A DNA stretch of 40,691 nucleotides from Flavobacteriales bacterium (lineage in GTDB: Bacteria > Bacteroidota > Bacteroidia > Flavobacteriales_C > GCA-002722245), in NCBI GenBank assembly GCA_038154685.1, contig JAYPYW010000011.1, positions 13,908 through 54,598 on the forward strand. The letters run 5' to 3'. The position numbers were made by a program, and so were the translations under genes. The notes beneath the pieces were generated by a model that was not told the DNA's origin, did no database searches, and was given only the letters and a program-made list of their open reading frames with translations. The stretch's first letter is position 1; every line of letters begins with the position of its first letter. Of the stretch, positions 1-10,100 are shown one piece after another.

Positions 1-325
1 TCGCTTCGATATCCTTTTTCAAAGCATCATAATCTAAATCTTCAAATTGTGATTTATAACTAAAGTCATCACCTAACGGATTTGACTTAATGGCATTTTC
101 TCTTAGCATTGATAAATCTAATTGGTTAGGCCACCAATCTTTATTAGTTGGACCTTGCCCATGGGTAACCGTTCCATTAGATTTATTACTACCAAATCCC
201 ATTGGGCATTCAGTTTTTGATTCCGACTTGTTAGATTGTCCTTCTGATTTTTTTGTTTGATTTGAAGGGCTATTGCAGGAAACTAATAAAGCCAACGCTG
301 CAATTGATAAAATTTTGATTTTCAT
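1..325 (-). CDS. katG: Catalase-peroxidase, 5' part (runs off the window), with N-terminal lipoprotein signal peptide
   Basis: Not in the ORF track. Manual translation from ATG at 325 gives MKIKILSIAALALLVSCNSPSNQTKKSEGQSNKSESKTECPMGFG...GPTNKDWWPNQLDLSMLRENAIKSNPLGDDFSYKSQFEDLDYDALKKDIEA. CP..., NxDWWPNQLDL and SNP.G.DF.Y...F..LDY.ALK.D are the KatG N-terminal signature. Confidence 0.95.
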   Translation of the reverse strand, partial: MKIKILSIAALALLVSCNSPSNQTKKSEGQSNKSESKTECPMGFGSNKSNGTVTHGQGPTNKDWWPNQLDLSMLRENAIKSNPLGDDFSYKSQFEDLDYDALKKDIEA

Positions 326-385
326 TTCGATGGATTTTAGTGGAGTGAAGATTGTGAAACATCCATCAAAACTCAATATAAGATA

Positions 386-422
386 AATGTATTTAATTAT
401 ATAAATCATAATTAAAAACTAT
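386..422 (-). promoter_or_regulatory. Putative OxyR (LysR-type) binding site upstream of katG
   Basis: Minus strand reads ATAG-N7-TTAT-N7-ATAA-N7-CATT against the OxyR consensus ATAG-N7-CTAT-N7-ATAG-N7-CTAT, about 60 nt upstream of the katG ATG. The region is very AT-rich, so chance similarity is possible. Confidence 0.55.
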
Positions 423-588
423 AACACCTCTTTTGATCTAGAAGGCAATTTATATCTTCAATAATTTTTTTCGAGTTTTGACACCTTTAGTCCCGTTGCA
501 TAAGAGAAGTCTTCACTTTTCTAAAAAAGAGAAAGCTTCTCTAATATAGACTTTTTACTTGGGTTTTTATTTTTTAAAAACAACTGAT

Positions 589-601
589 TATCAATAAGTT
601 A
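589..601 (+). promoter_or_regulatory. IHF-like binding consensus
   Basis: TATCAATAAGTTA matches WATCAANNNNTTR and is preceded by A/T tracts in a divergent intergenic region. Confidence 0.3.
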
Positions 602-654
602 AAAACCATTTCAATCTTGGCTTTTAAATTGCGCAGTAAAGTAAAAATTTTACT

Positions 655-3600
655 ATGTGGAATTTATTCGACACCAAACGTATACAAATCTTTATTTTAA
701 TTACATTTTTTATCTCTTCAAATCCTCTCTTGAGAGCTCAAGACAAACCGATTTTAATTGGAGAGAGCATGAATCTTCAAAAAGACTATCCTGTGGTTCC
801 TATTTTGTATGGAACAAGTACTGAAGGATTAAGGTCTAGTAGCGATTGTTGGAGTTCATTAGGTGCAGGATATATACACATAAACGATAAATTCAAAGGT
901 AAAAACACATCTGTTCCTACAATCGCCTTAGATGATGGGTCTTACGGACCCATCTCATTAGGCTGGGATTTCACTTTTTACGGCCAAACCTACAACAGCC
1001 TATATGTAAATGTTAATGGTAATATAACATTTGGAGAGCCATACAGCGCTTATTCACCCAGTGGATTCCCTTCCAATAAAGTCCCTTCGATGATTGCTCC
1101 GTTTTGGGCGGACGTAGATTTAAGAGGTACAGGAAGTGGTGTAAACAACGTTTACATAAAGTTAGAGCCAGGAAAAGTAATAGTTCAATGGGTTCAGGTA
1201 GGGTATTATAAGGAAAATACAGACCCCAGAAACACTTTTCAAATAGTACTAACTGATGCAAATGACCCTGATTTAGGTATTGGATATAATACAAGATTTG
1301 CATACGGAGATATGAACTGGGGAGTTGGTAATGCCAGTGGAGGAACAAGTGGTTTTGGTAAAACAACCTATGCTACAGTTGGCGCTCAATCAGCAGAAGG
1401 GTCCGAGTTTTATCAAATAGGACTCTTTGGACAAAACAATGATAATTATGATGGCCCTGGTGGGAGTATTGATGGTGTACATTACCTTGATGGAAGATGT
1501 TTCACCATGGATTTAAGAACATTAAATGTTCCTCCTGTTGCTAATAACTTACCTGAGTCTAGAGAGATAAATTTAACCGCTGGTATGAATTATGACTTAA
1601 GTACTTCTTATGCTTCTCCTGAAATTGACCAAATAACAACAGTTGATGTTTCGAACAATACTTTATCAAATTTCACATGGGAAAGTACTCCCGGTAACTT
1701 AAGCACGCAAAATATCTCATTTACAACGGACGAAAGTGATGTAGGTTCGCATTACATCTACATTCATGCTCAAGATGATGGAATTCCGAATGCACATACT
1801 TATGATACAATATTGGTTAATGTTATTTCTGAATTAAAGGCGGGTAAAGGTTCGGCTCTTGCCTTTGATGGTGTAAATGATCATGTTACAGTACCACATA
1901 ATAGTAAAATGTATAGTTCAGGAACCGGTACTTTTTCAGTTTGGATAAAACCATCTACTTTAAGCGGAAACTTAATTGAACCCATAATCCAAAAGAGTTC
2001 TCAATATGCAATTAGTTATGATAGAGGTTCTCAAAAAACAATCTTTACCGCTTGGAAAGATGGAACCCCTATATCTTTAACTTCTAATTCCACTATAACT
2101 GAAGATGAATGGAATCACATTTGTTTCTCTTATGATGGAAGTAATTTAACTTGCTACATAAACGGAATTAAAGACTCCGAAATAGAATTCGAAGGATTTC
2201 CAAGTAATTCGATATCCCCTCTTTACATAGGAACTAGTAATCAAAAAGAAAATTTCTTCAGTGGCCACCTTGATGAATTAGCTTACATAGGAACCTCTTT
2301 TAGTGAAAATGACATTCAGAAATTAATGTTTGAATTAGAGAATGTAAAAGTTAACTACAGGAAATTTTATTTCAAATTCAGTAACTCTCCAGTTTTAATA
2401 GATGATGGTCCTTACGAAAATAATGGCGTTCTGAACGATTTTGACACTACTTCCTGTTGGAAAAGAAATTATGCATCAATATGGACAGGAGAGTTTAGCA
2501 CAGATTGGAATGCTGCTGGAAACTGGGAATCTGGACTTGTTCCTGTTGTATCAGACAATGGATCTATTTTAAAAGAAAATTTCGTTATAATCCCAGAGGT
2601 TGCAGCTGGAAATAAACCCATTTCAATAACAAGTTCTGTTGAAGTAAACAATTTAATTATTCATGATAAATCTTCCTTTAAATTAGAGTCAAGTGGAAAT
2701 ATTTCAATTAAGAAAAACCTTCATGGAAATTCAAACGCACAATTTTTCGGAAACATTAAATTTGATGGATTTGAACCGCAAAAAATCTTTGGTGATAACC
2801 TTTTTTATAATATTACTATAGAAAATAAAGTAACCTTACAAGGTAATCAGGATATCAAAGAGGATTTAATTTTAAACTCTGATGTTTTATTTGTTAATGG
2901 GAAAACACTTACTCTTCTTTCAGATACAAGTGGTACAGCTGAGATATATCACATATCTGGCTCAGTTAATGGTAAGGTAGTTGCTCAAAGAACTATAGAA
3001 TATAAAGCCAACTCTGTTGGATGGCATTATTTAACCTCTCCCGTAACTGGTGCCAGCTTTGCTCAAATAAACGAATCCATTCCACTTAGAGGAATTGGGA
3101 ATGGTCCCAACGATACACCATGGCCTAATATATACTTATATGATGAAACTGTACCTAGTCAAAATAAAATGATTGGGTGGTGGAGTCCTGACTCATTGAA
3201 TCAAATAATTGAACAATCCCAAGGTTTTATCTTATTCTATAACAAAGCTGAACCCAAAACAATAAGCTTTATTGGAGAAGTTCATACTGGTGAAAAGAAT
3301 AGAAAAATCACCTTCACAAATTCGAACAAACTGTCTTCTGATGGGTGGAACTTAGTTGGTAATCCATATCCAAGTATGCTCGATTGGGATTTAGTAAGTT
3401 TTTCTTCAACAATGGACAAAGCTTTATACGTTTATGACAATAAATTAGATAGATACTCTAGCTACGTAAATGGAATTGGTGTGAATGGAGGGACTTCCGA
3501 AATAGCAAGTACTCAAAGCTTCTTTGTTAAATCATCATCAGAAACTACCTTTTCTCTTAACAACGGGAACAGAATAACTGGTAAAAATAAATGGAGGGCT

Positions 3601-4281
3601 AAATCAGAGTCACCAGCCGAACATTTAAAAATAAGTTTAAATACCTCCACTGATAAAGATGAAATAATCTTAGTTAAAAACGAAAATTCAAACAACTCTT
3701 TTGATCCTAAGGAAGATGCTTATAAATTATCAAGTGATAATGGTTCGTTCGAAATTTATTTTAAAATGAATGACATTAAGTTTTCTATTAAGAATATGCC
3801 TTTTCAAGATGAAACTATCATTCCAATATTTATATCCGCAAGTATGGGGGAATACAGTCTAACTATTAAAGAAAGTTCTTTTTTTAATTCAGAGATTAAT
3901 ATTTTAATTCAAGACCTATTAACTAATGAAATAAATGAATTTCCTATCAATGAGAATATAATTTTTGAAACTGAAAATGTAATCGATAAGCACAGATTCA
4001 ATTTGATTTTTAAAACTCTTAAATCAAATAACTTAGAGTCAGAATTAGTAAAGGAAAAGCCTTTTTATTCATATTCATATAATCAATTGAAAATCAACAA
4101 TCTTCCTCCAAATTGTGATATTCAATTTTTTGATATCACGGGAAAAGTCGTTTTAACAATGTCCAACATTAATAGTCAAGGTTCTATTACAATTCCTTGG
4201 GATTATCCAAAAGGAATGTATTTAATGAAAATACTTAACGGAAATAGAGAAAGTTCTTTGAAAGTCGCTATTTACAAATAA
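655..4281 (+). CDS. T9SS-secreted protein with nidogen-like (NIDO) domain, LamG/concanavalin-like domain and type A CTD
   Basis: Signal peptide; FTFYGQTYNSLYVNVNGNITF...IAPFWADVD...NTFQIVL (NIDO); ALAFDGVND...WNHICFSYDG...G.LDE (LamG); GWNLVGNPYPS segment common in Bacteroidota T9SS cargo; C-terminal FFDITGK...KGMYLMKI...KVAIYK. Confidence 0.85.
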   Translation: MWNLFDTKRIQIFILITFFISSNPLLRAQDKPILIGESMNLQKDYPVVPILYGTSTEGLRSSSDCWSSLGAGYIHINDKFKGKNTSVPTIALDDGSYGPISLGWDFTFYGQTYNSLYVNVNGNITFGEPYSAYSPSGFPSNKVPSMIAPFWADVDLRGTGSGVNNVYIKLEPGKVIVQWVQVGYYKENTDPRNTFQIVLTDANDPDLGIGYNTRFAYGDMNWGVGNASGGTSGFGKTTYATVGAQSAEGSEFYQIGLFGQNNDNYDGPGGSIDGVHYLDGRCFTMDLRTLNVPPVANNLPESREINLTAGMNYDLSTSYASPEIDQITTVDVSNNTLSNFTWESTPGNLSTQNISFTTDESDVGSHYIYIHAQDDGIPNAHTYDTILVNVISELKAGKGSALAFDGVNDHVTVPHNSKMYSSGTGTFSVWIKPSTLSGNLIEPIIQKSSQYAISYDRGSQKTIFTAWKDGTPISLTSNSTITEDEWNHICFSYDGSNLTCYINGIKDSEIEFEGFPSNSISPLYIGTSNQKENFFSGHLDELAYIGTSFSENDIQKLMFELENVKVNYRKFYFKFSNSPVLIDDGPYENNGVLNDFDTTSCWKRNYASIWTGEFSTDWNAAGNWESGLVPVVSDNGSILKENFVIIPEVAAGNKPISITSSVEVNNLIIHDKSSFKLESSGNISIKKNLHGNSNAQFFGNIKFDGFEPQKIFGDNLFYNITIENKVTLQGNQDIKEDLILNSDVLFVNGKTLTLLSDTSGTAEIYHISGSVNGKVVAQRTIEYKANSVGWHYLTSPVTGASFAQINESIPLRGIGNGPNDTPWPNIYLYDETVPSQNKMIGWWSPDSLNQIIEQSQGFILFYNKAEPKTISFIGEVHTGEKNRKITFTNSNKLSSDGWNLVGNPYPSMLDWDLVSFSSTMDKALYVYDNKLDRYSSYVNGIGVNGGTSEIASTQSFFVKSSSETTFSLNNGNRITGKNKWRAKSESPAEHLKISLNTSTDKDEIILVKNENSNNSFDPKEDAYKLSSDNGSFEIYFKMNDIKFSIKNMPFQDETIIPIFISASMGEYSLTIKESSFFNSEINILIQDLLTNEINEFPINENIIFETENVIDKHRFNLIFKTLKSNNLESELVKEKPFYSYSYNQLKINNLPPNCDIQFFDITGKVVLTMSNINSQGSITIPWDYPKGMYLMKILNGNRESSLKVAIYK

Positions 4282-4325
4282 CGGTTAATTTATCTTTCAC
4301 TTTAATAACATTGGGCTTATAAAAA

Positions 4326-6683
4326 TTATCGATAGAGGACAAATCTATACGTTTCACTCTTCTCACTTGAAATAGATAATTGAACGAGATACATTCCGTT
4401 TTTTATACTAGGAGGAAGATTAATTTTGGTTTCAATTGAATTAAGATTGTTCAATTGATAAACAATTTCTCCTTTTAAATTAAAAACAACTAAATCATAT
4501 ACTTCCACTAAATCACTTACCTCTAAAGTTAAACTGCTTTGAACAAGCGTAGAGTTTAATTGAAATAGTGATTCATTGGTTTCTTCTTCCAGAATAGACG
4601 TAATCAAAATAGAATTATGATTGTTGTCGGCACCTATATTTGGAGCTTGGTTTTCAATGTCTACCGGATTTCCAAAAGCATCCACTTCTGGATAAGAAGG
4701 AATGTCTGCAAATATTCCTTGTCCTGCCATAGGGAAAGCTGGTTGAGGGAAAGATTTACCAGCATCAACCATTGGACTTCCTCCATAAATCTTAAACCCT
4801 TCCATTTCTAAAGAACTCGCATCGTGGAAGGCTGGCCATTCATCAACAATCTTGTTCTTGTCTCTGTTTTGAAAGCTGGTACTTATGTTTCCTTTAAAAT
4901 AGTTATTGGAAACCCTCAAACTTCCGCTAGCAATATCAATTACTGGTCCTTCACTTCCAATACTAGCCCCTCCAGTAGTCATAAATGCATTATTGTAGAT
5001 AAATGTATTGCTCGCGTAGATCTCGATATTAGGGCTATAGTTTTCTGTATAGTAAATGGTATTGTTGTAGATATAGCTGCTATCAGATCTAATGGGATCG
5101 TTTCCACTTCCAACAAAGCCAGATATCCAAATAGTGTTTCCATGATGATCTCTATACCCATCATTTACACTTACATTAAATCGATAGCCACAACGGTTAT
5201 TAGATCCTAAAATCTCACAAAATCCCCCTTCACTATTTTGGCTGTAGTTATATTGATAAATTACATCTTCATTTCCAAAGTCGATGTGCATTCCATAGGA
5301 GTCACCATTTCCTTTTACATCGTAAGATCTATTATATTGAGCAATCACATGCTTACATCTGAAGGTCCACAATCCACTCCCTCGACCTGCTAATCTAGTT
5401 TCCGTGCCATTACTATAACCTGTTTGATCAAAGTCATTATTATCTACTAAAGCATTGTACATCTTTCCAAGAATAACTCCAGAACCTCCTGTTTGAAAGA
5501 ATGTATTATTTTTAATTACAAAATTCATGTTTCGATTAATTGTCCAGTCAGAATTATCCCAATCCCCTGAATGCGTTGCCCAAACACCAGCTTTTCCAAT
5601 ATGACTGAAATAACAATTTTCAATAAGTACATCTTCAAAACGCACAACAGTAGTAACACTACCTCCGGCATCTTCCTCATTAGCATCGGATTCAAAACGT
5701 AACCCAGTAACTTTAATCGCATCAAAATCTTCAGGAAGTCCAACACTATATACGTCCGTTATTTTTAGATCATGAAAGTTTAATCCACTTGATATTCCTC
5801 CCCATTTATTGGCCTGGCAATATATACCATACCCTTTTTTCTCATTCCATCCATATCGGGTATCATTTTGTCGATCGTTTTTGATCCATAAATATGACAT
5901 GTTAATGTAACTCGCATTTACAAGATTTACAGCACTTAAATAATCACCTCCTGAGATACTTCCTGAACCAGAGAGTACAGGTAATTCTCCAGGTCCATAA
6001 TATGATATAACAATCGGATTGTCTTCAATTCCTGATCTTTTAACCTTGAGCTCTCCTTTAAAAGTATCTCCAGAACGAAAAAGCACGCGATCTCCTGGGT
6101 TTAAAAAGCCACCATTTCCATCTGTTTCAAATGCTGAATTAGCTTTTTCTATAGTCTTCCAAGGTTTCCAGTAAGTACCTGTGTTAGCATTATCCCCATT
6201 GCTAGCCACGTAATAAACATTAAAGTTGTCGGTTACTTTAATCTTGTCAATTAAAACAGCGGCATCCGAAGCTACGAATGAAATGGTATTGGTTCCTGTC
6301 ACGAGACTTACCGACCAAAGACTAGATCGAGCTTGGCCCTGATAAGCCCAATTAGATTTTTGAAGTGTTTTACTAGTTGCTGCCGCACCATTAACAGATA
6401 AATATACCGACTGATTTGTTCCCCCATTAAAATGAAAAACTTCTAACTTATAAGTTCCATTTTTCGAAATTCCGTCTATTGTAAAAGTGACTATTCCTTC
6501 CGTTGAAGTAGCATTTTCTAATTTGACAAAACTGCCACTAGAAGCGTTTATGTTAGTTTCAATTGTATAACTTCCAGAAAGTGTTGCACTTTCAGCCTCT
6601 TGGGTAATATCAATAGATCCAAACAATAATGAGGGAATTAAATAGAAAAAAAGCGGCAATAAAAATTTCTTGTATAAAATCAT
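4326..6683 (-). CDS. T9SS-secreted right-handed parallel beta-helix protein with N-terminal CBM6/CBM35-like module; probable polysaccharide-active enzyme
   Basis: Start moved from 6800 to ATG 6683 (MILYKKFLLPLFFYLIPSLLFGS, signal peptide). QEAESATLSG...GTNTISF (CBM35-like); YYVASNGDNANTGT..PWKTI..A and PGD.VLF..G typical of pectin-lyase-fold proteins; Asn-rich beta-helix rungs; type A CTD (FNLKGE...NGMYLVQL). Confidence 0.8.
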   Translation of the reverse strand: MILYKKFLLPLFFYLIPSLLFGSIDITQEAESATLSGSYTIETNINASSGSFVKLENATSTEGIVTFTIDGISKNGTYKLEVFHFNGGTNQSVYLSVNGAAATSKTLQKSNWAYQGQARSSLWSVSLVTGTNTISFVASDAAVLIDKIKVTDNFNVYYVASNGDNANTGTYWKPWKTIEKANSAFETDGNGGFLNPGDRVLFRSGDTFKGELKVKRSGIEDNPIVISYYGPGELPVLSGSGSISGGDYLSAVNLVNASYINMSYLWIKNDRQNDTRYGWNEKKGYGIYCQANKWGGISSGLNFHDLKITDVYSVGLPEDFDAIKVTGLRFESDANEEDAGGSVTTVVRFEDVLIENCYFSHIGKAGVWATHSGDWDNSDWTINRNMNFVIKNNTFFQTGGSGVILGKMYNALVDNNDFDQTGYSNGTETRLAGRGSGLWTFRCKHVIAQYNRSYDVKGNGDSYGMHIDFGNEDVIYQYNYSQNSEGGFCEILGSNNRCGYRFNVSVNDGYRDHHGNTIWISGFVGSGNDPIRSDSSYIYNNTIYYTENYSPNIEIYASNTFIYNNAFMTTGGASIGSEGPVIDIASGSLRVSNNYFKGNISTSFQNRDKNKIVDEWPAFHDASSLEMEGFKIYGGSPMVDAGKSFPQPAFPMAGQGIFADIPSYPEVDAFGNPVDIENQAPNIGADNNHNSILITSILEEETNESLFQLNSTLVQSSLTLEVSDLVEVYDLVVFNLKGEIVYQLNNLNSIETKINLPPSIKNGMYLVQLSISSEKSETYRFVLYR

Positions 6684-6749
6684 TGTGGTAATGTGGTTTT
6701 CATAAAAAAAGGTAATTAAACCGGTTAGAAATGGATTTACAATTTGATA

Positions 6750-7008
6750 GGATTGATATACAACTTTTAATAAAATAATAGATTTGGCAGAGGAGTGCAA
6801 ATTCTCAGATTGTTCACATACAACTGAAAGTGGATGCAGAGTATTAGATGCATTTCATAAAGGAGAACTTGATGAAGCTGCTTTGAATAATTACCATAAA
6901 CTCGAAAGAGAGCGACAACGGATTGAATCTTCAGAGCATGAATTACGCCAAAGGGATCGTGCTTTCGGGAAGATGGTTAAAGAGGCTACAAAAAAGAAGA
7001 AGGCTTAA
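6750..7008 (+). pseudogene. rsgA: 3' remnant of an rsgA (ribosome small subunit-dependent GTPase) gene; only the zinc-finger and tail remain
   Basis: TTFNKIIDLAEECKFSDCSHTTESGCRVLDAFHKGELD matches the RsgA C-terminal CxFxDCxHxxExGC zinc site. In-frame TGA at 6754-6756 and no room upstream for the OB and GTPase domains. Confidence 0.8.
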
Positions 7009-7131
7009 CTAGCTTTTATTAAATGCAGTTCTATCTGTTTCATTTACAAATTGTATATTAATCAATACGAATTGTAAACATTAGTAAAAGAGTATTAATG
7101 ATTTTTATTCAACTACCATTGAATAAAACCC

Positions 7132-10100
7132 ATGACGACTTTTAAATTCAAATTCACATTACTTACAATCCTTTTAACAGCTAATTTCAGCTCTTTCGGA
7201 CAAACCCATACAACTGATTGTAGCGGAGGGTCAGCTACTACTCCAACAACTAAAACTATTGAGGGGAAAACCATGAAAATGGTTTGGCATGATGAGTTTG
7301 ATGGAACTGAAATTGATCCTACCAAATGGCAAGCATGTCCGGAATGGAAACGCCAGGGAGGTAGTTATTGGGAGGCAGACAATGCTTGGTTGAATGGTTG
7401 TGGAAAGCTTAAACTCAAAGTTAGCCAGAAGGGAGATTCTGTTTTTTGTGGGGCTATCCGAACTCGCAACCTTTACGATCAAAAATATGGTTATTTCGAA
7501 GTTCGTTGTAAAGTTCCTCAAATTCATGGAGGTTGGGCTGCCTTTTGGATGATGCCTTATGGGAACCACCCAGGAGATCAAGGAAATGATGGGACAGAAA
7601 TAGACATATTTGAATCGATAAATGGTTGGAACAATAAAATCCAGCATGCAATTCATTGGGATGGTTACGGGGCTGAACACCAACATCAAAGTAAATCTAT
7701 GGATCGTCCAGATATCTACGATGATAAAATGCACACTTTCGGAATGAAATGGACACCAACGGAGTACACTTTTTACGTTGATGACGTTGAAACTTGGAGA
7801 ACTTCAGCTGGTGGAGTTAGTGATGTTGCTCAGTACTTAAAATTAACGATGGAGGTATCTAACCAGACATGGCCTGGAGATTGGAACAATCAGATCACCA
7901 AACCTATTGTATGGACAGTAGATTACGTTAGAACCTACTCTTTGGAAGAACCTGATTGTAACGGCGATTTTGGTGGAACGGCTTACTTAGATGATTGTGG
8001 CACTTGTGTTGGAGGATCAACTGGAAAAACGGCTTGCTTACCCTGTGACGTTTCTTCGGAAACTATTTTCTCTGAGCCTTTATACACACAAACAGGTGAA
8101 GACAAAACGTGGCAATGTATTATTGATAATAATGAGATTCCAATAGGTGTAAAATCAACCGAAGGAATTACTGGGTCAGGTATTAACGTAAAAAATAGTT
8201 TGGTGGAAGTTGGAGAGCATGCAACCAATCCAATTATTGAAAACCTAAAAATTCACACATTAGGTAATAGCTACGTGAGCAGAACTTATTTTGATAGATG
8301 GTCGAGATGGTATCAGGAAGATGGAAACACTCAAATCTATAGGTTATTTAAAGACGAAATAAATGTTAGAAACGATAGAGCTTTAGCAGCAAGAATTGAA
8401 ACTTTCTACCCTGAAAAAAGAGCATTGCCAGAACCTGGAGTTTGGCACGAATGGGAAGGAAGGTACACAATTGTTAACCCGGCAGGTTGTTCTGCTCCTC
8501 ATTATTGCTCAATTTTTCAAGCAAAGGGAAACAGCGTCGATCATTGGTCGGTTATGGTTAAAATGGACGATAAAGGAAATGTTTGGATGGACCGTAGAGG
8601 GGATGTTGACACCACTTTTGCAACAAACATGACAGGAAAGGCATTTGATTTAAAAGTTCGTGATAACGGTATGGATTACGAAGTTTATGTGGACGATAAA
8701 TACATTGGAAATGGAACTTGGCCTCGTACAGAAGAAGTAGGTTTTAGATGGGGAATATATGTTGGTGAAAGTGAGGTTAAAGATGATATTTTAGTATTCG
8801 TCACTGGTGCAAAAAATAGTATTATCGATACACGAGATTGTAATGGTGACCCTGATGGTACAGCCTTTATTGATAATTGTGAAACTTGCGTTGGTGGGAA
8901 AACAGGTAAAAAAGCTTGTACCCAAGATTGCGCAGGAGTTTGGGGTGGAAATGCTAAAGAACCCAATGTAACTATTGGTAAGAAAAATGAAGTTTGTGGA
9001 AATGATAACGGAGTTGTTACGTTCACATTCCCTGACGAACCATCAAGAACAAACATCGAATTCAGTACCGATGGTGGATTAACCTACCCTAAAAACGTGT
9101 TTGATAATGTTGGGAGTACTTCCATAACTAATTTGTCAAAAGGAAGTTATCATCTCTATGCCAGATGGGGGAACGATGAATGTCCAATTGATTTAGGTAC
9201 CGTTAACTTAGAAGCAAGACCAGCTCCCTCTGTTTCTGTTTCCAAAAAAGGTGCTGATTGCGGTACAGATAATGGAGCGATCACGCTAACATTCCCCGAT
9301 GAATTAACAAGAACAGGTATTGAGTTTAGTTTAGACAATGGAGCCACTTACCCTATTCAAGTTAAAGACAATACAGGTAGTTATACATTTGAAGGTTTAT
9401 CGAGAGGTGATTATCATGTTTGGACAAGATGGGGGAACGAAGATTGCCCAGTTGATATAGGGGTTGTTACCATTGGTGGTCCATCATGTAATTATGATTG
9501 TAATGGAGATTTGGATGGAACGGCATTTATTGATAATTGCGAAACTTGTGTTGAAGGAAAAACAGGCAAAACCGCTTGTATTCAGGATTGTAATGGTATT
9601 TGGGGTGGAAACACTACTGAGCCAGATGTAACCACTTCAGTGCAAGAAGAAAATTGCGAACAATCTGACGGAAGTATTACATTCTCATTCCCAGATCAAT
9701 CAGGAAGAAGTGCTATTGAATTTAGTCTTGATGGCGGTTTAACATACCCCACTAAAGTTAAAGATAATATTGGTAATACAACTATACCCGGTTTAGCTCC
9801 TGGGACATACGATGTTTGGACACGTTGGGGGAATGACGAATGCCCTGTTGATTTGGGGGATTTGGTTATAAAAGCCGATCCCAATCCAATAGTAACCACA
9901 TTAGTACAACCTTCAGAATGCGGAGCCAACAATGGTTCAATTACCTTTAATTTTGACGACACAAAAGGGAGATCTCGTATAGAGTTTAGTACTGATGGAG
10001 GTGCCTCCTATCCTACAAACGTAAGAGATAACACCAATTCGATAACAGTACCTTATCTTGCCCCTGGGACTTATGATATTTGGGTTAGATGGGGGAATAA

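Noticed and set aside
503-542. Imperfect hairpin AGAGAAG...CTTCTCT between katG and the NIDO gene
   Set aside because: Low-complexity purine/pyrimidine tracts, between divergent genes, with no recognisable RNA family features.
6684-6800. 39-aa N-terminal extension of the beta-helix ORF in the ORF track
   Set aside because: It overlaps the rsgA relic on the other strand, and the signal peptide begins at ATG 6683.
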